Notes under the pieces: generated by a model
Databases searched by the model: none
Told to the model about the DNA's origin: nothing
Seen by the model: the letters and a program-made list of their open reading frames with translations, nothing else
Virus record (IMG/VR): IMGVR_UViG_3300031566_000031
Span: 1 to 59,261 of that record
Source: a virus
Lineage: Duplodnaviria; Caudoviricetes
Strand: one strand, 5' to 3'
Length of the DNA: 59,261 nt
Position numbers and translations under genes: made by a program
Shown here: positions 1-13,000 of the stretch, piece by piece
How the letters are laid out: each line of letters starts with the position of its first letter
Numbering within the stretch: position 1 is the stretch's first letter

Positions 1-1008
1 ACCCCGATTGGCAAGGGCAAGGCCAAGACGACCAAGGGCAAGAGCGGGAAGGCTCATGTGGATGTGATGATGCCGGTGATCCCCATCTCCGATGGCGAAG
101 GTTACGAGCACTTTGGGTCGTTCCGATACGGGCGAGGGTTGACCGTGGAGAAGGGCGGGTCCTTTGATCGGATTTCGGCAGAGAACAACCCACTTGCTGG
201 CCTCACCGCGCCATCCGCCGAAGCCTTCCTGCAAGCGCTCACGTCGGTAACGAAGGCGACGCAGGCAAAGTCGGCCGAAGGCCAAGCTCTCAAGCAACAG
301 CTTGAAGCGGCCACCCAATCCTTGATCATGGCTCAGTTGGAGCAGGAAGATTTCGACACGGACCCCGCGACTGATGCCGCGGCTGACGATGCGATTCGAC
401 TCCGCGCGGATAGGCTTGCGAAATTGAAACTCGTGATCGCAGAGCTTGCCGCTTCCAACCCGGATGCGGTAGGTGAGCTTGCCGCTTCCGCCGGCATCGA
501 CCCCGACGTTCTGGTTCAAGATGCGACCGGAGAGGACGTGTCTCTTTTTGCGGCACGGTTCTCCAACTTCCCCGCGATCTTGACCACCGAAAGCAACTTT
601 TCCACGACGATCGTCAATGCCGCCTACAACCTCACCGACCTGTCGGCGCATCTTACCGACGAGGTGAATACCTCGTGCATCTGTCGGGGTTCCGACGCCT
701 CAGTGTTGTTGTCGGCTTACGGTCGGTCGGATTTCATCTCCTTGGACGGCATTGACCCGAAGGGCGACCCGGCTACCGCCTGGGTTTCCGAGGGTATTCT
801 AAGTCAGCTTCAGGATTTCCAATTCCAGAGGCAAGCGCTTCGGGGGCAGGTGCTTGAAACGGGAGGTTCCGATCTGTTCCAGAAATTCCGCAAGCTCAAG
901 GACATGCGCAACAACTTCAAGAACGCGGGCTCGCAGCTTCGCCAGCTTGGGAGTCAATTCAAACGCACCGCTCAGTCGATCGGTGACATTCAACTTGGAG
1001 GTGGGTAA
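1..1008 (+). CDS. 5'-truncated virion protein, possibly the C-terminus of a baseplate hub protein
   Basis: Frame is open from base 1 (ACC CCG ATT...) to TAA at 1006-1008, so the start lies upstream of the window. The stop overlaps the spike ATG (TAATG). The hub call rests only on position directly upstream of the spike gene. Confidence 0.4.
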   Translation, partial: TPIGKGKAKTTKGKSGKAHVDVMMPVIPISDGEGYEHFGSFRYGRGLTVEKGGSFDRISAENNPLAGLTAPSAEAFLQALTSVTKATQAKSAEGQALKQQLEAATQSLIMAQLEQEDFDTDPATDAAADDAIRLRADRLAKLKLVIAELAASNPDAVGELAASAGIDPDVLVQDATGEDVSLFAARFSNFPAILTTESNFSTTIVNAAYNLTDLSAHLTDEVNTSCICRGSDASVLLSAYGRSDFISLDGIDPKGDPATAWVSEGILSQLQDFQFQRQALRGQVLETGGSDLFQKFRKLKDMRNNFKNAGSQLRQLGSQFKRTAQSIGDIQLGGG

Positions 1009-3467
1009 TGGGTAACGACAAATGGAAGGGCGATCCGTTTTCGGCTGTCTCCAACCTGCCGGCTGGGACAGTTTGGTCGGACACGCACGTCAAGCGAGAG
1101 CTTGACGAACGCTCACCAACCCGAGGGGCTCGACAATGGGCCTTGGGCATCGCTCGCGTTGCGCAGGTGGACTACAACCTCCACACCGTCTCGCTTCAGA
1201 TCTTGACGGGTGGGCTCAACACGGAGATCAAAGCCCCCATCCCGATCACGTATCCTGGCGGTGGGCCTCGTCACTTCCTCGGCGCGATGCCGACGGTTGG
1301 GGCCACCTGCGTCATCGGCTACCTGCCGACCCAACCGATGCGCAAGCCGGTGATCCTCTGCTGGGACATTGGCAACCCGTGGATGGGGCAAGACTGGATC
1401 CCAACGCAGGAACACCTGCCGACGGAATTCGACATGAACCCTCGGAAAGAGGCGGAGTATGAGGGACTCACGCATCGGACCCGCCACAAGCTCCGCCACA
1501 TGGTCCCCGGGAACATCGTGGCCTCCTCCGCCCAAGGTGCGGATCTGATCCTCGATGAGAGCGCGACGCTCATGGACCGCCGAGGCGATGAGATTCGCTT
1601 GCGCGATCAGGACTCCTCGATCGTGTTCCGGTCCCTCCAGCAGTTTCACGCCACAGGAGGCACCCGCTCGTATGTCGGCATGGTGCAGCGCGATGCGACC
1701 TTCTTGCTCAGCAACATGGTCAGCGATGGTCTGCTTTGGGACGGCCTGAATCAGACGGAGGACGGAGTGCCTCGTGGGCCCGGTGAGTTCGTGGACTCGG
1801 CCTCTCGTCCGGCTGGTGCGCTCAACCCTCACCGTGCCTTCTTCCGCACGGACCCCACCTTCCCCTTCGCGGACTCGTCACTATCGATCCAAGCGAGCGT
1901 TGACCCTTACGATTTTCTTCGCAAGGGCCTCTTCATCGGGGACAACGGGATCGTCCTCGACCCCTCGCTCACGATCCCTGACGCCGAGTACAACGGCAAA
2001 CCGATCTTTCGCGTGTCGGTGGACCCGAACGCGGACTCCCCTGACAGCCTGCCTGCCAACGCGACGATCCAGAACGGAGCGGAGAGCGAGACTCTCACCG
2101 AGCATCGGATCGAGGTCAACCACACCTGGGATGGCTCTCTCCCGGTCACGGAACAGACCGACGGCTTCGACGCCGACCGTCTGCCGACGAGCAACGGCGA
2201 GGAGAACGACGTGCTCGGCGGCGGGGACAAGCCCTTCATCGAGTGGGTGCTTGGGTCCTACGTGGGCAACGACCCCTATTCAGAGAAGGGGCGCAAGCTC
2301 TACGCCCAACCCATCGTCCCGCAGATCCTTGCCGACGATGGCAGCGTGTCCGCCGCGCTCATTTCCGGCGTCGGGCGCGACATGAATACTCACGCCGCGA
2401 CGATGTTCCGGTTGGAGCCGCCGCTGCGAACCGATTTCTCGCCAACGTGGCACTCGTTCACGAAGGACGGTCGGTTCAAGAGCTTCGTTTCCGGCCCGCG
2501 GGACCAGAACAGCATTGAGGTTTCGACGGCCGGAGGCATTCTCGTCAAAGCGGGTGGTGCCCTCGACCTCCGCACGGGCTCGCCGCTCAAGATCCAGGCC
2601 CCCTCGGGAGACGACGAGGAGAACATGGGCTTCTGCTTCGACTCGCCGACTGGGGCCATCTGCCTCACAGCGGGCGGAGCAACCACGAGGGGCAGCTTCA
2701 CGGCGCGGACCAACCCTGACGCCCTGGACGAGCTACAGCTTCCGGGGCTCATCCTAGAGGCCCCCACGTCGTCCGTGTGGGTGACGGCTGGGCGGACCAT
2801 AATGCTCGCTGCGGCTGACCAGATCCAGCTTGTGAACGCGAACGAGGTCAAGATCTCGCCGCGGAACAACGTCCAAATTCTCAGCGACAAGATCTCGCAG
2901 CAGTGCACGACTCTGGATCGGACCGTCACGGGTCAGGAAAGCACGTTCTACTCAGGGCCCAAGAATTTCCTGCCCACGAATCTCCCTCTCCGTCGCGTGA
3001 CGGTGGGTGGCACCCCGCTGACCGGGCATATTGGTGGCGACACCGACGTGTACAAGATGCTCCTCGGCAACCGTGTCGAGACCATCGTGATCGGAGGGCA
3101 CACGACCCGCGTGCTGGTCGGAAACATGGAGTATTCGACCGGCATCGGCACCCACACTGTCCGTACCGGGACAAATCAAACCATCCATGACCCGGTTGGG
3201 GGCATCACGTCTACGGCTACGACGGGTAGCATAACGATGACTGCGAACCTCGCCGCGACTGTTCGCGGAAACGCGGCTGTCACGATCAGTGCAGCCGGAC
3301 CTGCCGTGGTCAGCGGCAAACCCTCCGTCGTATTGGGCGGAGTTGGAAAGGTTGGGCAGATCCTTTCCAGTGTTGACCTCGACCCTCTTTCCGGCCTCCC
3401 TTACGCAGCCATCTTCGGCCCCGGCGCAGGCTCCACCGGACACCTCCTCGGACCCGCACTCCCGTAA
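1008..3467 (+). CDS. Baseplate central spike protein (Gp5/GpV/VgrG-like), 819 aa
   Basis: N-terminal OB-fold-like segment (IARVAQVDYNLHTVSLQ...FLGAMPTVGATCVIGY) and a C-terminal run of short Gly/Thr/Val beta-strand repeats (GNRVETIVIGGHTTRVLVGNMEYSTGIGTHTVRTG...) typical of a trimeric beta-helix spike. Lies in a baseplate gene context. Confidence 0.75.
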   Translation: MGNDKWKGDPFSAVSNLPAGTVWSDTHVKRELDERSPTRGARQWALGIARVAQVDYNLHTVSLQILTGGLNTEIKAPIPITYPGGGPRHFLGAMPTVGATCVIGYLPTQPMRKPVILCWDIGNPWMGQDWIPTQEHLPTEFDMNPRKEAEYEGLTHRTRHKLRHMVPGNIVASSAQGADLILDESATLMDRRGDEIRLRDQDSSIVFRSLQQFHATGGTRSYVGMVQRDATFLLSNMVSDGLLWDGLNQTEDGVPRGPGEFVDSASRPAGALNPHRAFFRTDPTFPFADSSLSIQASVDPYDFLRKGLFIGDNGIVLDPSLTIPDAEYNGKPIFRVSVDPNADSPDSLPANATIQNGAESETLTEHRIEVNHTWDGSLPVTEQTDGFDADRLPTSNGEENDVLGGGDKPFIEWVLGSYVGNDPYSEKGRKLYAQPIVPQILADDGSVSAALISGVGRDMNTHAATMFRLEPPLRTDFSPTWHSFTKDGRFKSFVSGPRDQNSIEVSTAGGILVKAGGALDLRTGSPLKIQAPSGDDEENMGFCFDSPTGAICLTAGGATTRGSFTARTNPDALDELQLPGLILEAPTSSVWVTAGRTIMLAAADQIQLVNANEVKISPRNNVQILSDKISQQCTTLDRTVTGQESTFYSGPKNFLPTNLPLRRVTVGGTPLTGHIGGDTDVYKMLLGNRVETIVIGGHTTRVLVGNMEYSTGIGTHTVRTGTNQTIHDPVGGITSTATTGSITMTANLAATVRGNAAVTISAAGPAVVSGKPSVVLGGVGKVGQILSSVDLDPLSGLPYAAIFGPGAGSTGHLLGPALP

Positions 3468-4060
3468 TGGCACTCTCCGCCGCACTTCTGATTGGCGCGC
3501 TCAACGGCGCAGGGCAGGCATTCATGCCGGGCTCGACGCAATTTCCGAAGATCGCCACCGCGGTGGGAACGGCGGTCAAGAAATGGATTTCGACTGTGAC
3601 CGTTCAGGGGATCACGGCGGGGCAGGCTGGAGCGGGCACCGTCCAGGGCAAGATGATCTTCGTCCCCGCCCAACAGGTACTCGGCGGGCTGTCTTCCGCA
3701 GGCTTTGTCGGGCCGACCGCTCCCAAAATGGGTGCCGCGGTTCAATCAGCGATGGATGGCTACGTCAGCGCTTCGACACAGTATGCCGGGGTTTCGGCCG
3801 GGGTCGCCACGGGCACAGACGTGAGCAAGGTGTCCAAGGCCACCCCCGGAGCGATTGCTGTCCCCGGCACACTCGCCTTCTACATTTACACCTCTCTCAC
3901 AGCACAAGCTGTGACTGGCCCTAAGACGCCCCTTCTCGCCCAAGGGCTTGCCAACGGAATTGCACTTTTCGTTGCCACTGGCACAGGAGTCGGCGGTGTC
4001 GTTCCTGTAACCCCCGCTCCCGCCCCCGCTGCGGGCACCTCCATCTCTGCGATGTTCTGA
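3467..4060 (+). CDS. Gly/Ala-rich small virion protein, candidate spike-associated, 197 aa
   Basis: Coupled to the spike gene by a TAATG overlap. Very few charged residues. Function inferred from position only. Confidence 0.5.
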   Translation: MALSAALLIGALNGAGQAFMPGSTQFPKIATAVGTAVKKWISTVTVQGITAGQAGAGTVQGKMIFVPAQQVLGGLSSAGFVGPTAPKMGAAVQSAMDGYVSASTQYAGVSAGVATGTDVSKVSKATPGAIAVPGTLAFYIYTSLTAQAVTGPKTPLLAQGLANGIALFVATGTGVGGVVPVTPAPAPAAGTSISAMF

Positions 4061-4061
4061 C

Positions 4062-7000
4062 ATGGGTTTTGATCTCTCAGGCTTTGTTCTTCGACCGATC
4101 CGTACTGCGCCAGCCAACGCGCTGACGACGGACGAGGCGGTCAATGGTGTGGCAACAGATTTCAAGCCGCTCCCCGAGGACTACACCATTCAGTCGAATG
4201 TGCCCGACCTCGTGGATGTGGCAGCGGAGCAGTACCGCGCCTCGACCCTGTATCGCACTGAAGATGGGCAGACCGAGTACATCCTTTGGGCCGCCAATAC
4301 ATCGAACACCTACGTCCGAGAGGGCCTCGCCGTTGAGGTAGGGAACCCCGAGAGCCAAGATGCGGCCGGCTCCAAAGTGGTGGTCGTGCTCTCGGGTTCC
4401 GAGAGCGTCTATGACGACAATGCGGGCGAGCCTGTCGTCCGTGAGGACGGGTCGATCCGATTCTCCGTCCGAGACGTGGCGGGTCAGAGTGTCTCGTCGG
4501 TCAGCAGTATCCTTGTCCGTCGAGGCGATGACGGGAGCGAGATCAGTTTCACGTCGAACGATCTGTCGTTCAACCCTACAACGGGCATCGCTGCGCTCAC
4601 CAACTCCACGAAGATCGGGCAGGCGGTGGCGAGCGCCGTCTCCCTTTCGGGCGGCATCTCCAAGCTGCGCGGGGACAAGATCACGGTGGTCTACTACACC
4701 TTGGCCTCCGTGCGTTTCTGGTGGTCGAGGAACGACCGCTACGAGACCCGGTTCCAATGGGATGGTCTGAACGAGCGATGGGCACCGCTTCGCGGCGGGG
4801 CACCTCGCAACCTTGGACGGCTCCTGCCCGATAGTGCCTACGTCCTGAGCCCGAATCCGAACGCCCAGATCGGATCCTACCTGACGGGCAACAGCGATGA
4901 CCCCGACGACTATTGCATGGTGCGTCTTGGAGTGCGGCCGGACGCCGCCTCCGTGCCCGTCGCCGAGCCTGTTGCGCCCTCCGGCTTCGGCGGGATTCTC
5001 GTGGTCACGGACGAGGAAGCCGAAGAGGAGTACGATTTCCTGACCCTCGCCCCAACGGCCTCCGCAGTCATGGGGCAGGCGACCGGCACACTCCAGTGGA
5101 ACCCGGCCTTCTTGGACGAGTACGCGGGGCAGGTCGTTTGGTACAGCTACCGCTCGTTCGGCACGGCGAACGAGTCTGTTTCGCTTGGGGGACTGGAGGG
5201 CGCCGACCTGGAGCCGCTGTTCCTCGCGCCGATCCCCGCTCCGACCGAGTACCCCTTCATCCGTATCGGCAACCGCAACCCCCTGGAAGCGGTGTTGGTT
5301 GACACCGACGCCCTGTTGTTCGTGAAGACGATCGAAGAAGGGCAAGTGGGCTTGTCGCTCTCGACTGGTCGTCTGAAGTTCAGCGCCGCGGACATTGCGA
5401 AATCGGACCCGGAGAGCGCCACGTTCAACGCCTCCTACTTGGGCTCTGTCGTGTTCTACACAGGCATCGCCATGACCCCGGTGCCCGTCGAAATGCGCGC
5501 TCCAGTGCGTCTCGTGGGCTCCTCGGGCACACCCTCGGACGTGTCGGAGGACAAGAAGCAAATCCTCTACGTCCCCGACGCCATTCCCCTCCCCTCGCCG
5601 GGGATCTCGGGGGTTCAACACATCCCTGACCGCACGGGCGGCATCCCCGATCCGAGCATCGACCCGAGCATCCGCGCTAATGGGTCGAACCTCATCCGTG
5701 AGGTGCGGGGCGATTGGGATCTGATCCTGTTCTCTGACGACGGGCGGGTGTTTCGTCGCGTCATTGTCGTTGACGACGACGAGGAAATCCCTCGCTTCCC
5801 CTTCCGACGAGCGAAGGGCGACGCCTACCTCAACCTCAATCTCGGCTCCGGCGGCTCTGCCGTCAAGATCGGCAAGGACGACCGCAAGCGATTCCAAGGC
5901 CAGAAGCTCTGGTTCCGGCAGTCCGCGGTTCAACCGGCCGTGTATGCACCCGACGCCCGCATTTACTCCCGTGTTCGGGACAACGTGACCCTCCTTGGCA
6001 CCGAGACCTTCCGCTTCGCGGTCAACGGCACTGAGTACGCGTGGGACGCTGCTTCGGATTTCGGAGGGGTCGCAACCTCGGCCGGGGGCACCTTTACCGT
6101 TGCCGAAATCGCCACGTCCCTCGCTGCTGCTTCGGACCCCGATGTGATCAAGGTGCGTGCGGCTCGGCTCGTGATCCAGAGCCCCGATGTGATCAACGGC
6201 GCCCATGTCGGGTCGGTTGAGATCGGATTCGGCCCCGACAGCGCCGAGACTCCGGTGGACCCCACCGGCACCTCAGCGTTGGGCTTCCTCCCAGCGTGGC
6301 GTGTCGTTGTGGACCTTCAGGACCCCTCCAATGACCGCCGCTGGCTCCCCGACTCGGGGATCCATGTCGGCATCCGGCGGAGTCCTTTGAATCTCGATGG
6401 TACGCAGGACATTCCTGACGTGAAGCACCGGGCCGCGATCTCGGATGTTCCACTGTCCGAGGACATTCCCGGCAACACGGTTGTCCTTCTCGACAAGATT
6501 CCGCTGGAGGACGAGCCCGGCTACGACGAGGACGTGTTCTTCCGCCTGGAGGCTGGACTGTCTCAGAAGAATCTTGAGCACTACGACGAGGTGCTTCACG
6601 AGTTTGGGTTGGGCCGCTTCATGTGGATCGACCAAGAGACCACCTTCCAATTGATCGAGCAGCCGGTCTTGGACCTGAACCTCGGCAAGCAGAGTGTCGT
6701 CCCCGACTCCTTCCGCCTTCCCGGTAAGGGCTTGTTTGTCTCCGCCTTTGGCGGACCCTTTGAACAACAAGCGCTTGGCACCGACTTCCTGCTCCCCTTT
6801 GCCGGGGCTCCAGGTTCCGCGAAGCTGATCGAGGTCATCAGTGGTCGCTCGACTCTCGGCGCGCTCGGGCAATTCACCGCCGGTCTCACGACCTTCCGTG
6901 ACCCGGGGGCTGACACCGATTTCGTTGCTCTCGGGGCGGGCGTTGGCTACCAACTGAAGATCACGACCGGGGACGCGCAAGGCACGTACATCGTGACGGC

Positions 7001-10000
7001 CGCGCCCACGGATCCGAAGGAGCTACAGATCACACCTGCCTTCCCGCGGACGGGCAACCGCGAGTCTTGGGAGCTTTACGAGGGTGTAGACAAGGAGACG
7101 AACGACCTATCGATCGTCGCCAGCGAGATCTTCACCGAATTCAATCATCTGCCGGAGGAGCCTTTCAAGATTCGTGTGCTCTCTCCACTCGGACCTCTTC
7201 CCGCCGATGCTGCGTCTCAGGACGCCGGCCGTCTTGTTGGCGTGTTTGGCGATGCACTCGCCAATTCCCGTCCGATCAGTATCCGATTCGGACTCCCTCC
7301 GGGGAGCCCCGAGGCTTCACTTGTGAGGTTGGGCCAGGAGTTCCTCGGTTCCCTTCAAAATGCGTTGGTCGTGCCGACCCCGACTGACGAGCGCTTCGTG
7401 AACGAGTCCTTCTCGATCAGGGTGGGGACCAAGACCTACACGTTTGCCGATGGCAACATCGTGAAAGTGCCCGGCGTGCTCACCATAGGGCTCGCGGGGG
7501 ACATTATCGAGGTGCAGGACATTTCGGGCATCTTGAATTTCGGATCCGAGGTGTTCACCCAGTTCCAAGGCGCCGACGTGTACTACGTCGAGGGGTTCTC
7601 CGACCCCGACCTTGCCCCCACCGACCTCCCTCCGGGCACGGTCGAATACCGTGCGGATGATGGTGTGTTGAACTTCAACGGCACCGACCTTGCGACCTAC
7701 GCAGGGATGGAGACCCACCTTGTCGAGCAGATGGTCACGGAGGCCGGGCTCGACGTGGCCCTCAACCCGCTCAATGGCTCTTTCCTATTCACGAAGCCGC
7801 TCCGTGAGCAGCAGATCGTGGAGGTCGAGTATTTTCAGGCAGCGCAAGGCACAGGTGAGCAGCTTCTTGTCCCTGACCCGAATTTCATCGCTCTCCAGGC
7901 AGGCGACGAGGCCCCTCTCGTCCCGGTCGAGGTGGTTGAGGTACTTCCCCTGTTCGTGCGGCAAGAGGTCGCTACGAAGCCGGAGGTTCCGCCAAACTCC
8001 ATCGTCCCGCAGGATTTCAAGAGGGTGTGGCGGTTCAACCCCACCGAACGCACTGTCCGCGACGATATTGAGCCGCAGGTCTACATCAACAACAACCTGT
8101 GCAACGTGGGAGGCTCCGCGTCTCCCGTCTGCACCTTCGACTACGTGAACAGCCGCATCCTGTTCCAAGAGACACAGCCCGATGACGCTGACGTTCTGAT
8201 CACCTACTCGGTGAACGAGGCTTTTGGTGGTGAGGCTTCGTACACCGTCTCGACCTTCCCGGTGTACCGGCCCCCATTCTTCATCGAAGCGAACAAGACC
8301 GAATTCGTCTTGGAGTCCGACCGCACCGACGATGTGGTGCCCGGCAAGATCATGCGGGTCGGGGCTGCCCCGCTCTACATTACGGGTTCGACCTTCGACG
8401 GCGAAAACACCACCGTTGAATTCTTCCCCGAGACTGAAACCGAGATCGGTAGCCGCGCCCCCGGCAACGACACGCTGTCGCTGCTGTCGGACAGGCCCAT
8501 CGTCAAGGCCCACAACCCTGCGGCCGGCGACGGTTACTGGCGTGTGATCGACGTGCCTTACGAGCCCGTGAACAAGGGCTTCACCTCGATCACCTTCTCA
8601 GGTGATCTTACGGCGCTCGCGGTCCCGGGCTATCTGCTGGAGATGGCGGGATATCCCTTCATCGTCTCCGGGTCGAGTCTCACGGAAGATGGTCTGCGGA
8701 CCGTCATCAATATGACGACGCCTTCTCCAACCGGGTTCTTCTCCGGTCAGGACGAGGCACGTCTTTCGATCCGTCCCGTGTACCCCCCGAGCCCGGCCCT
8801 CTTCGTCGGAGTGGGCGCGGTCCTTCCTGAAGAGGAGTTTGAGGCGGTTCTATTTGGGGAGAAGGATACGGAAGGCAACGACGCTCCTGGTCGCACCCTT
8901 CGACTCACCCTCGACTACGCCCTCGACTTCAACACGGGGGCTATTGAGTTCCTCGCGCCGACGCAGGCTCCTCTTGGGCCGCTTCAGACGCTCTATTTTA
9001 GGCGTACTCAGGTCGATGTGTTGGCGCCTTTCATCGCGGACAACGCCATCGTTAACCCGCGATTCCTCGCACGCTTCGTCCACGCTATCGCCCCCTCTGA
9101 GGACAATGGGCTTCGCGGCAAGATCCTCCGCGCGAGCTATACCTACTCGGCCCCCGACACCTTCTACTGGCGCACCCTGCCTTTGACGGACTACATGGGT
9201 GAGATCGCCTCCGAAATCTCGGCGGATGTGGCGAACCAGCTTCCGAGCAACGGGGCCTCGCCGTCCATCCCGCCCGCGATCCGAAACGAGACCCAGGGAA
9301 CACTTGGGCTTCGTGCGCAGATCGAGAGCCTCTACGATGAGGACCGGGCCGCTCGCGTCTTCATCGACTTTTACAACAACGTCGTGCTGGCCTTTGAGCA
9401 GGTACAGGAGACGATCAGCGGCGGGATCATTGGCGACCGCGACGGCAAATTCAAGTTCTTCGTTGGTCGTGGGATCAACATTCCGCCACCCGGCTACGAG
9501 GATGCCATCTCGGGGCGGGTGAATACGCGGAACATTTTCAGCGAGCTTTTCTTCGCCTACAACCACAAGCTGATCTTCTTGACCCGCGACCCCCTGGTCG
9601 AGCCTGACTCCGCCTCGTTGAACGTGGACAAGATCGAAGGTCGTTTCATGGACCCCGATTTCTTGGGGGAGCTTGCTCGCCAACAACGGGAGTTCGCTCA
9701 GAACGACATTGACGATCTGGTACTGGTCAAGCGGAATCGGATCCGCATCGTCAGCCTGATCCCCTTCCGTATCGAGGCGACAGGACGGTACGAGCGGCTC
9801 GGAGACCCCAACCGTTTCTCCCGTCTGTTCCCGCAACGCGCCGAAGCCTTCTTCTTGACCGCACCGGGCATCGGCTCGGACCTGGATGCCACCCCGGTTG
9901 AACCCGGCGTCTACGCCTTCCGTAAGCGCGTGAGCCGTCTGTCTTTCAAGGGTGGCCTTCAGTTGCCCAAGCGTGCGTCCACGTTCCGCAAGACGATTGC

Positions 10001-13000
10001 CGAGGTATCCAACCCGGTCCTCGGCTCCCTGGAGGGCATCAGTCGCTTTACGCTCCGTGAGCGGCTCCCCCGAGCCCGTGTGTTCCGTTACTCGGAGACA
10101 GGCTTCCCTGAGCTTGACGATGACCTCAACGCGGCCGGGTTTGACAACTTCACGGACAACCCTCGACCGGCGGTCATCGCTTCCATCCTTCCGCTCCACG
10201 AATTCCCTCTGCGCGCAGATGGGATGCCTGATATCAAACAACTGATCGCACAGGGGGGTGGTCTTCCCGACCTCACGACTGGCGACGCGGACCTAGTGAC
10301 GCCCCCCTTTGAGGGCATCGTGACGGACAATGGCAGCTATCCGATGCTCGCCTTCGGCCGTCCGAACGGGGACATTATTGACGTTGGGATCACGGATACC
10401 CTCGACATAGCGTTCTTGACCTTCTCGTCCCCCGTGTTCAAGAAAATGTTCGTGGGCGAGGTCATGCTGGGGTGTGTGATCACCTTCTCGGATGACAAGG
10501 GCGAGGTGGTCACGGAGGCCGGCGACGTGATTCAGCTTGGCGAGGAGCCCGAGGACGGGGAACCGCTCGTTCTCTCTCGCGGGGACACCATCTTCGTCAC
10601 TCCGCCTGACGTGGACCTGGAGCCTGCGGACCCGCCAGACAACGAGACGACGGCTGTGAGCGCGGAGGGGTTGCCCGGCTACCGTATTGGCTTCGACGTG
10701 AAGCTCGATCGCGGCGATGGGGAGGTCGTGGACATTACCTTCCCATCCTTCAAGGACCCGAGCATCTTCGGGCTCAAGGAAATGTTCGGCCAGAAACCGC
10801 CGAAGCCTCTCGACCACATGGAGGCGGATGTGTCGTTCCGCAACTCCCTCGTTTCTCCAGCACCGCTCCCCGCGCTCTTGGGCCAGCCGCTCAACGACTC
10901 GGGCGACTACACCTTGCCGTACCTCGTCGCAGGCAACACTGAGATCGACCGGCTCGGTGAAGTCGCCAGGGCGTTTGATCTTCTTCTCGCGCTCGATACC
11001 CCGAACCCTTCAGCGGTGTACCCCGATGAGGTTCTTGGGAACGATGGCGCGGTGATCGGCACCTACGTCGATGGGGGCCTCCAGGCGGGCGCTTTGATCA
11101 CGACACAGGACGCGACCCCGGTGCTTACGGCAGGAGGGGCCTACACCCCGCACTCCGGCATTGGCGACGTAGAGAGCTTCGATTTCCTATTCATCCAGAC
11201 CGGACAGGCTGGGATCCTGCCGGACGCCCAGGGGATGCTGTCGGTTGGGTCGGTCGAAAGCGACGGCGTGACGAGTGTGATCGAGCCTCCCCGGTTTGTT
11301 ACTCCGACCGGACCGGCCACACGGTTCCGCTACGTTTTCAACAACGCGCTCTCGTACATTCTCCAGCCGGCCACTCCCGCCCCTCCTGGCATGAGGGTCC
11401 AGCGAATCGGCACGGACACCATTTTCGACTGCACCTCGATCTCTCCGGGGTTCCTCGTGTTCAACGATGGCACCGCACCTCCCTCCGTGACAGGCGGGCT
11501 CAACGACATTATCAATCCCCCTGACGCCGGCTTTGCGTACCCCGCTAACGGCAACGTGATCCGCATCCATCTGTGGACCGCAGACGACGGAGTGAACCCG
11601 GTCACGTTCCTCCAGACGATCACGATTGCGATGAACGGCGCCCTCGCCCCCACCGTGGACGGCGACCTGGGCACTCCTGTTATCGGGCCTGGAGGCGTAA
11701 CCTTCGACCAACAGGTGCTCACCATCGACTCGGCTGCTTTCGTCACGCTGGGTGCTGGCGGCCTTCCTCTTGACCCGACCAACCCCCCGTACACCGTGCC
11801 GCTTTGGTTCACCATCGACGTGGACACGAGTGCGGCTGGCGGTGCCGGCGTGGGGGGTGCTTCCTTCACTGGGCACATTGACAGGGATCGGTTGAGCTTT
11901 GTCGAGAGCTACGATCTACGCTCCGTTCGGAGCCGTAACGATGGTCCCGTGGATGCCGTTTCGGTCGTCAGCGAGCTTTCGGTAACGGCCGTCTCGGGGC
12001 CCGGCGGCGCCGAAGACATCACTGTGAATGCTCCTGTGGAGGTGAATGGTGGTGCACCCTTCACTTGGAATGACCGAGCCAATATCTTCCCGTTCACCGG
12101 GGGAGAATTCGACTTCACCTTGGGCGAGGGACGCATCAAGGTCATGGCCTTTGAGGGACATGGCAACGTCGAGATCGAAGCCGCCGAACCCCTCATTTTC
12201 TCAGCGCTGCCCTCCAGTCTCTCCGACGAGAACGGTGTGATCGCAACGGGTAGCGGGTTGTGCGAAGGAGGTCTCACGGATTTCGACAACCGCCTCCAAA
12301 CGAGCATCGTGGGGATCACCGGAGGAAGTCTGGATAACGTCGAACCGGGGGACGTTTGCCATATCACCCGTGCAGCGGACCCTTCGGCACACGCCACGGC
12401 GAAGGCCGGCACGTATCTCGTCAAGCACGCGATCCAGCCCGACCCTGCATCGTCTCTGAAAGAGTTCGCGTTCAGGGCCAAGACTCTGCCGATGAATTCG
12501 ACGGCGAGCTTCATCGCCTTCACCTTCCCGAAGATCACTGAATTCCAAGCACTTGCTTTCAAGATCTTCGTGGACGTGGCGGAGCTTTCCAATGGGGATC
12601 CCATGTGGCTACCCCCCGCAGCCGGCACGCGCATTTACGTGCTCCCCGACCTCGGGGATATCACGAAGGTCATCTCCGTCGAGTACACCTTCTACGATGC
12701 CGCCGCTGGCGAGTTCCACTTTGACCCCTTGACGATCGAGGATGCGGACGGCGGCGGACTCGGCATCGCGGACCTGCTCAACGCAGCGCAGGTGGGGGCG
12801 TACGTCTCTGGCTTCTCCTTCGCTGAAGTCCGCCCCGACCGCGGGACCGGCCAGCCTCGGAACCTTGTGGGCTGGAGGCAGCAAGGGGCTGTCCCGTCTC
12901 ACGCTGCCTATGGTTTCAAGTTCGTCTCCCTCTTCAACCCGAAGCTGGATCCGCCGGCCATCTCTGGAGAATTCCCAGGCGGAACCAAGACGTTTGATTT

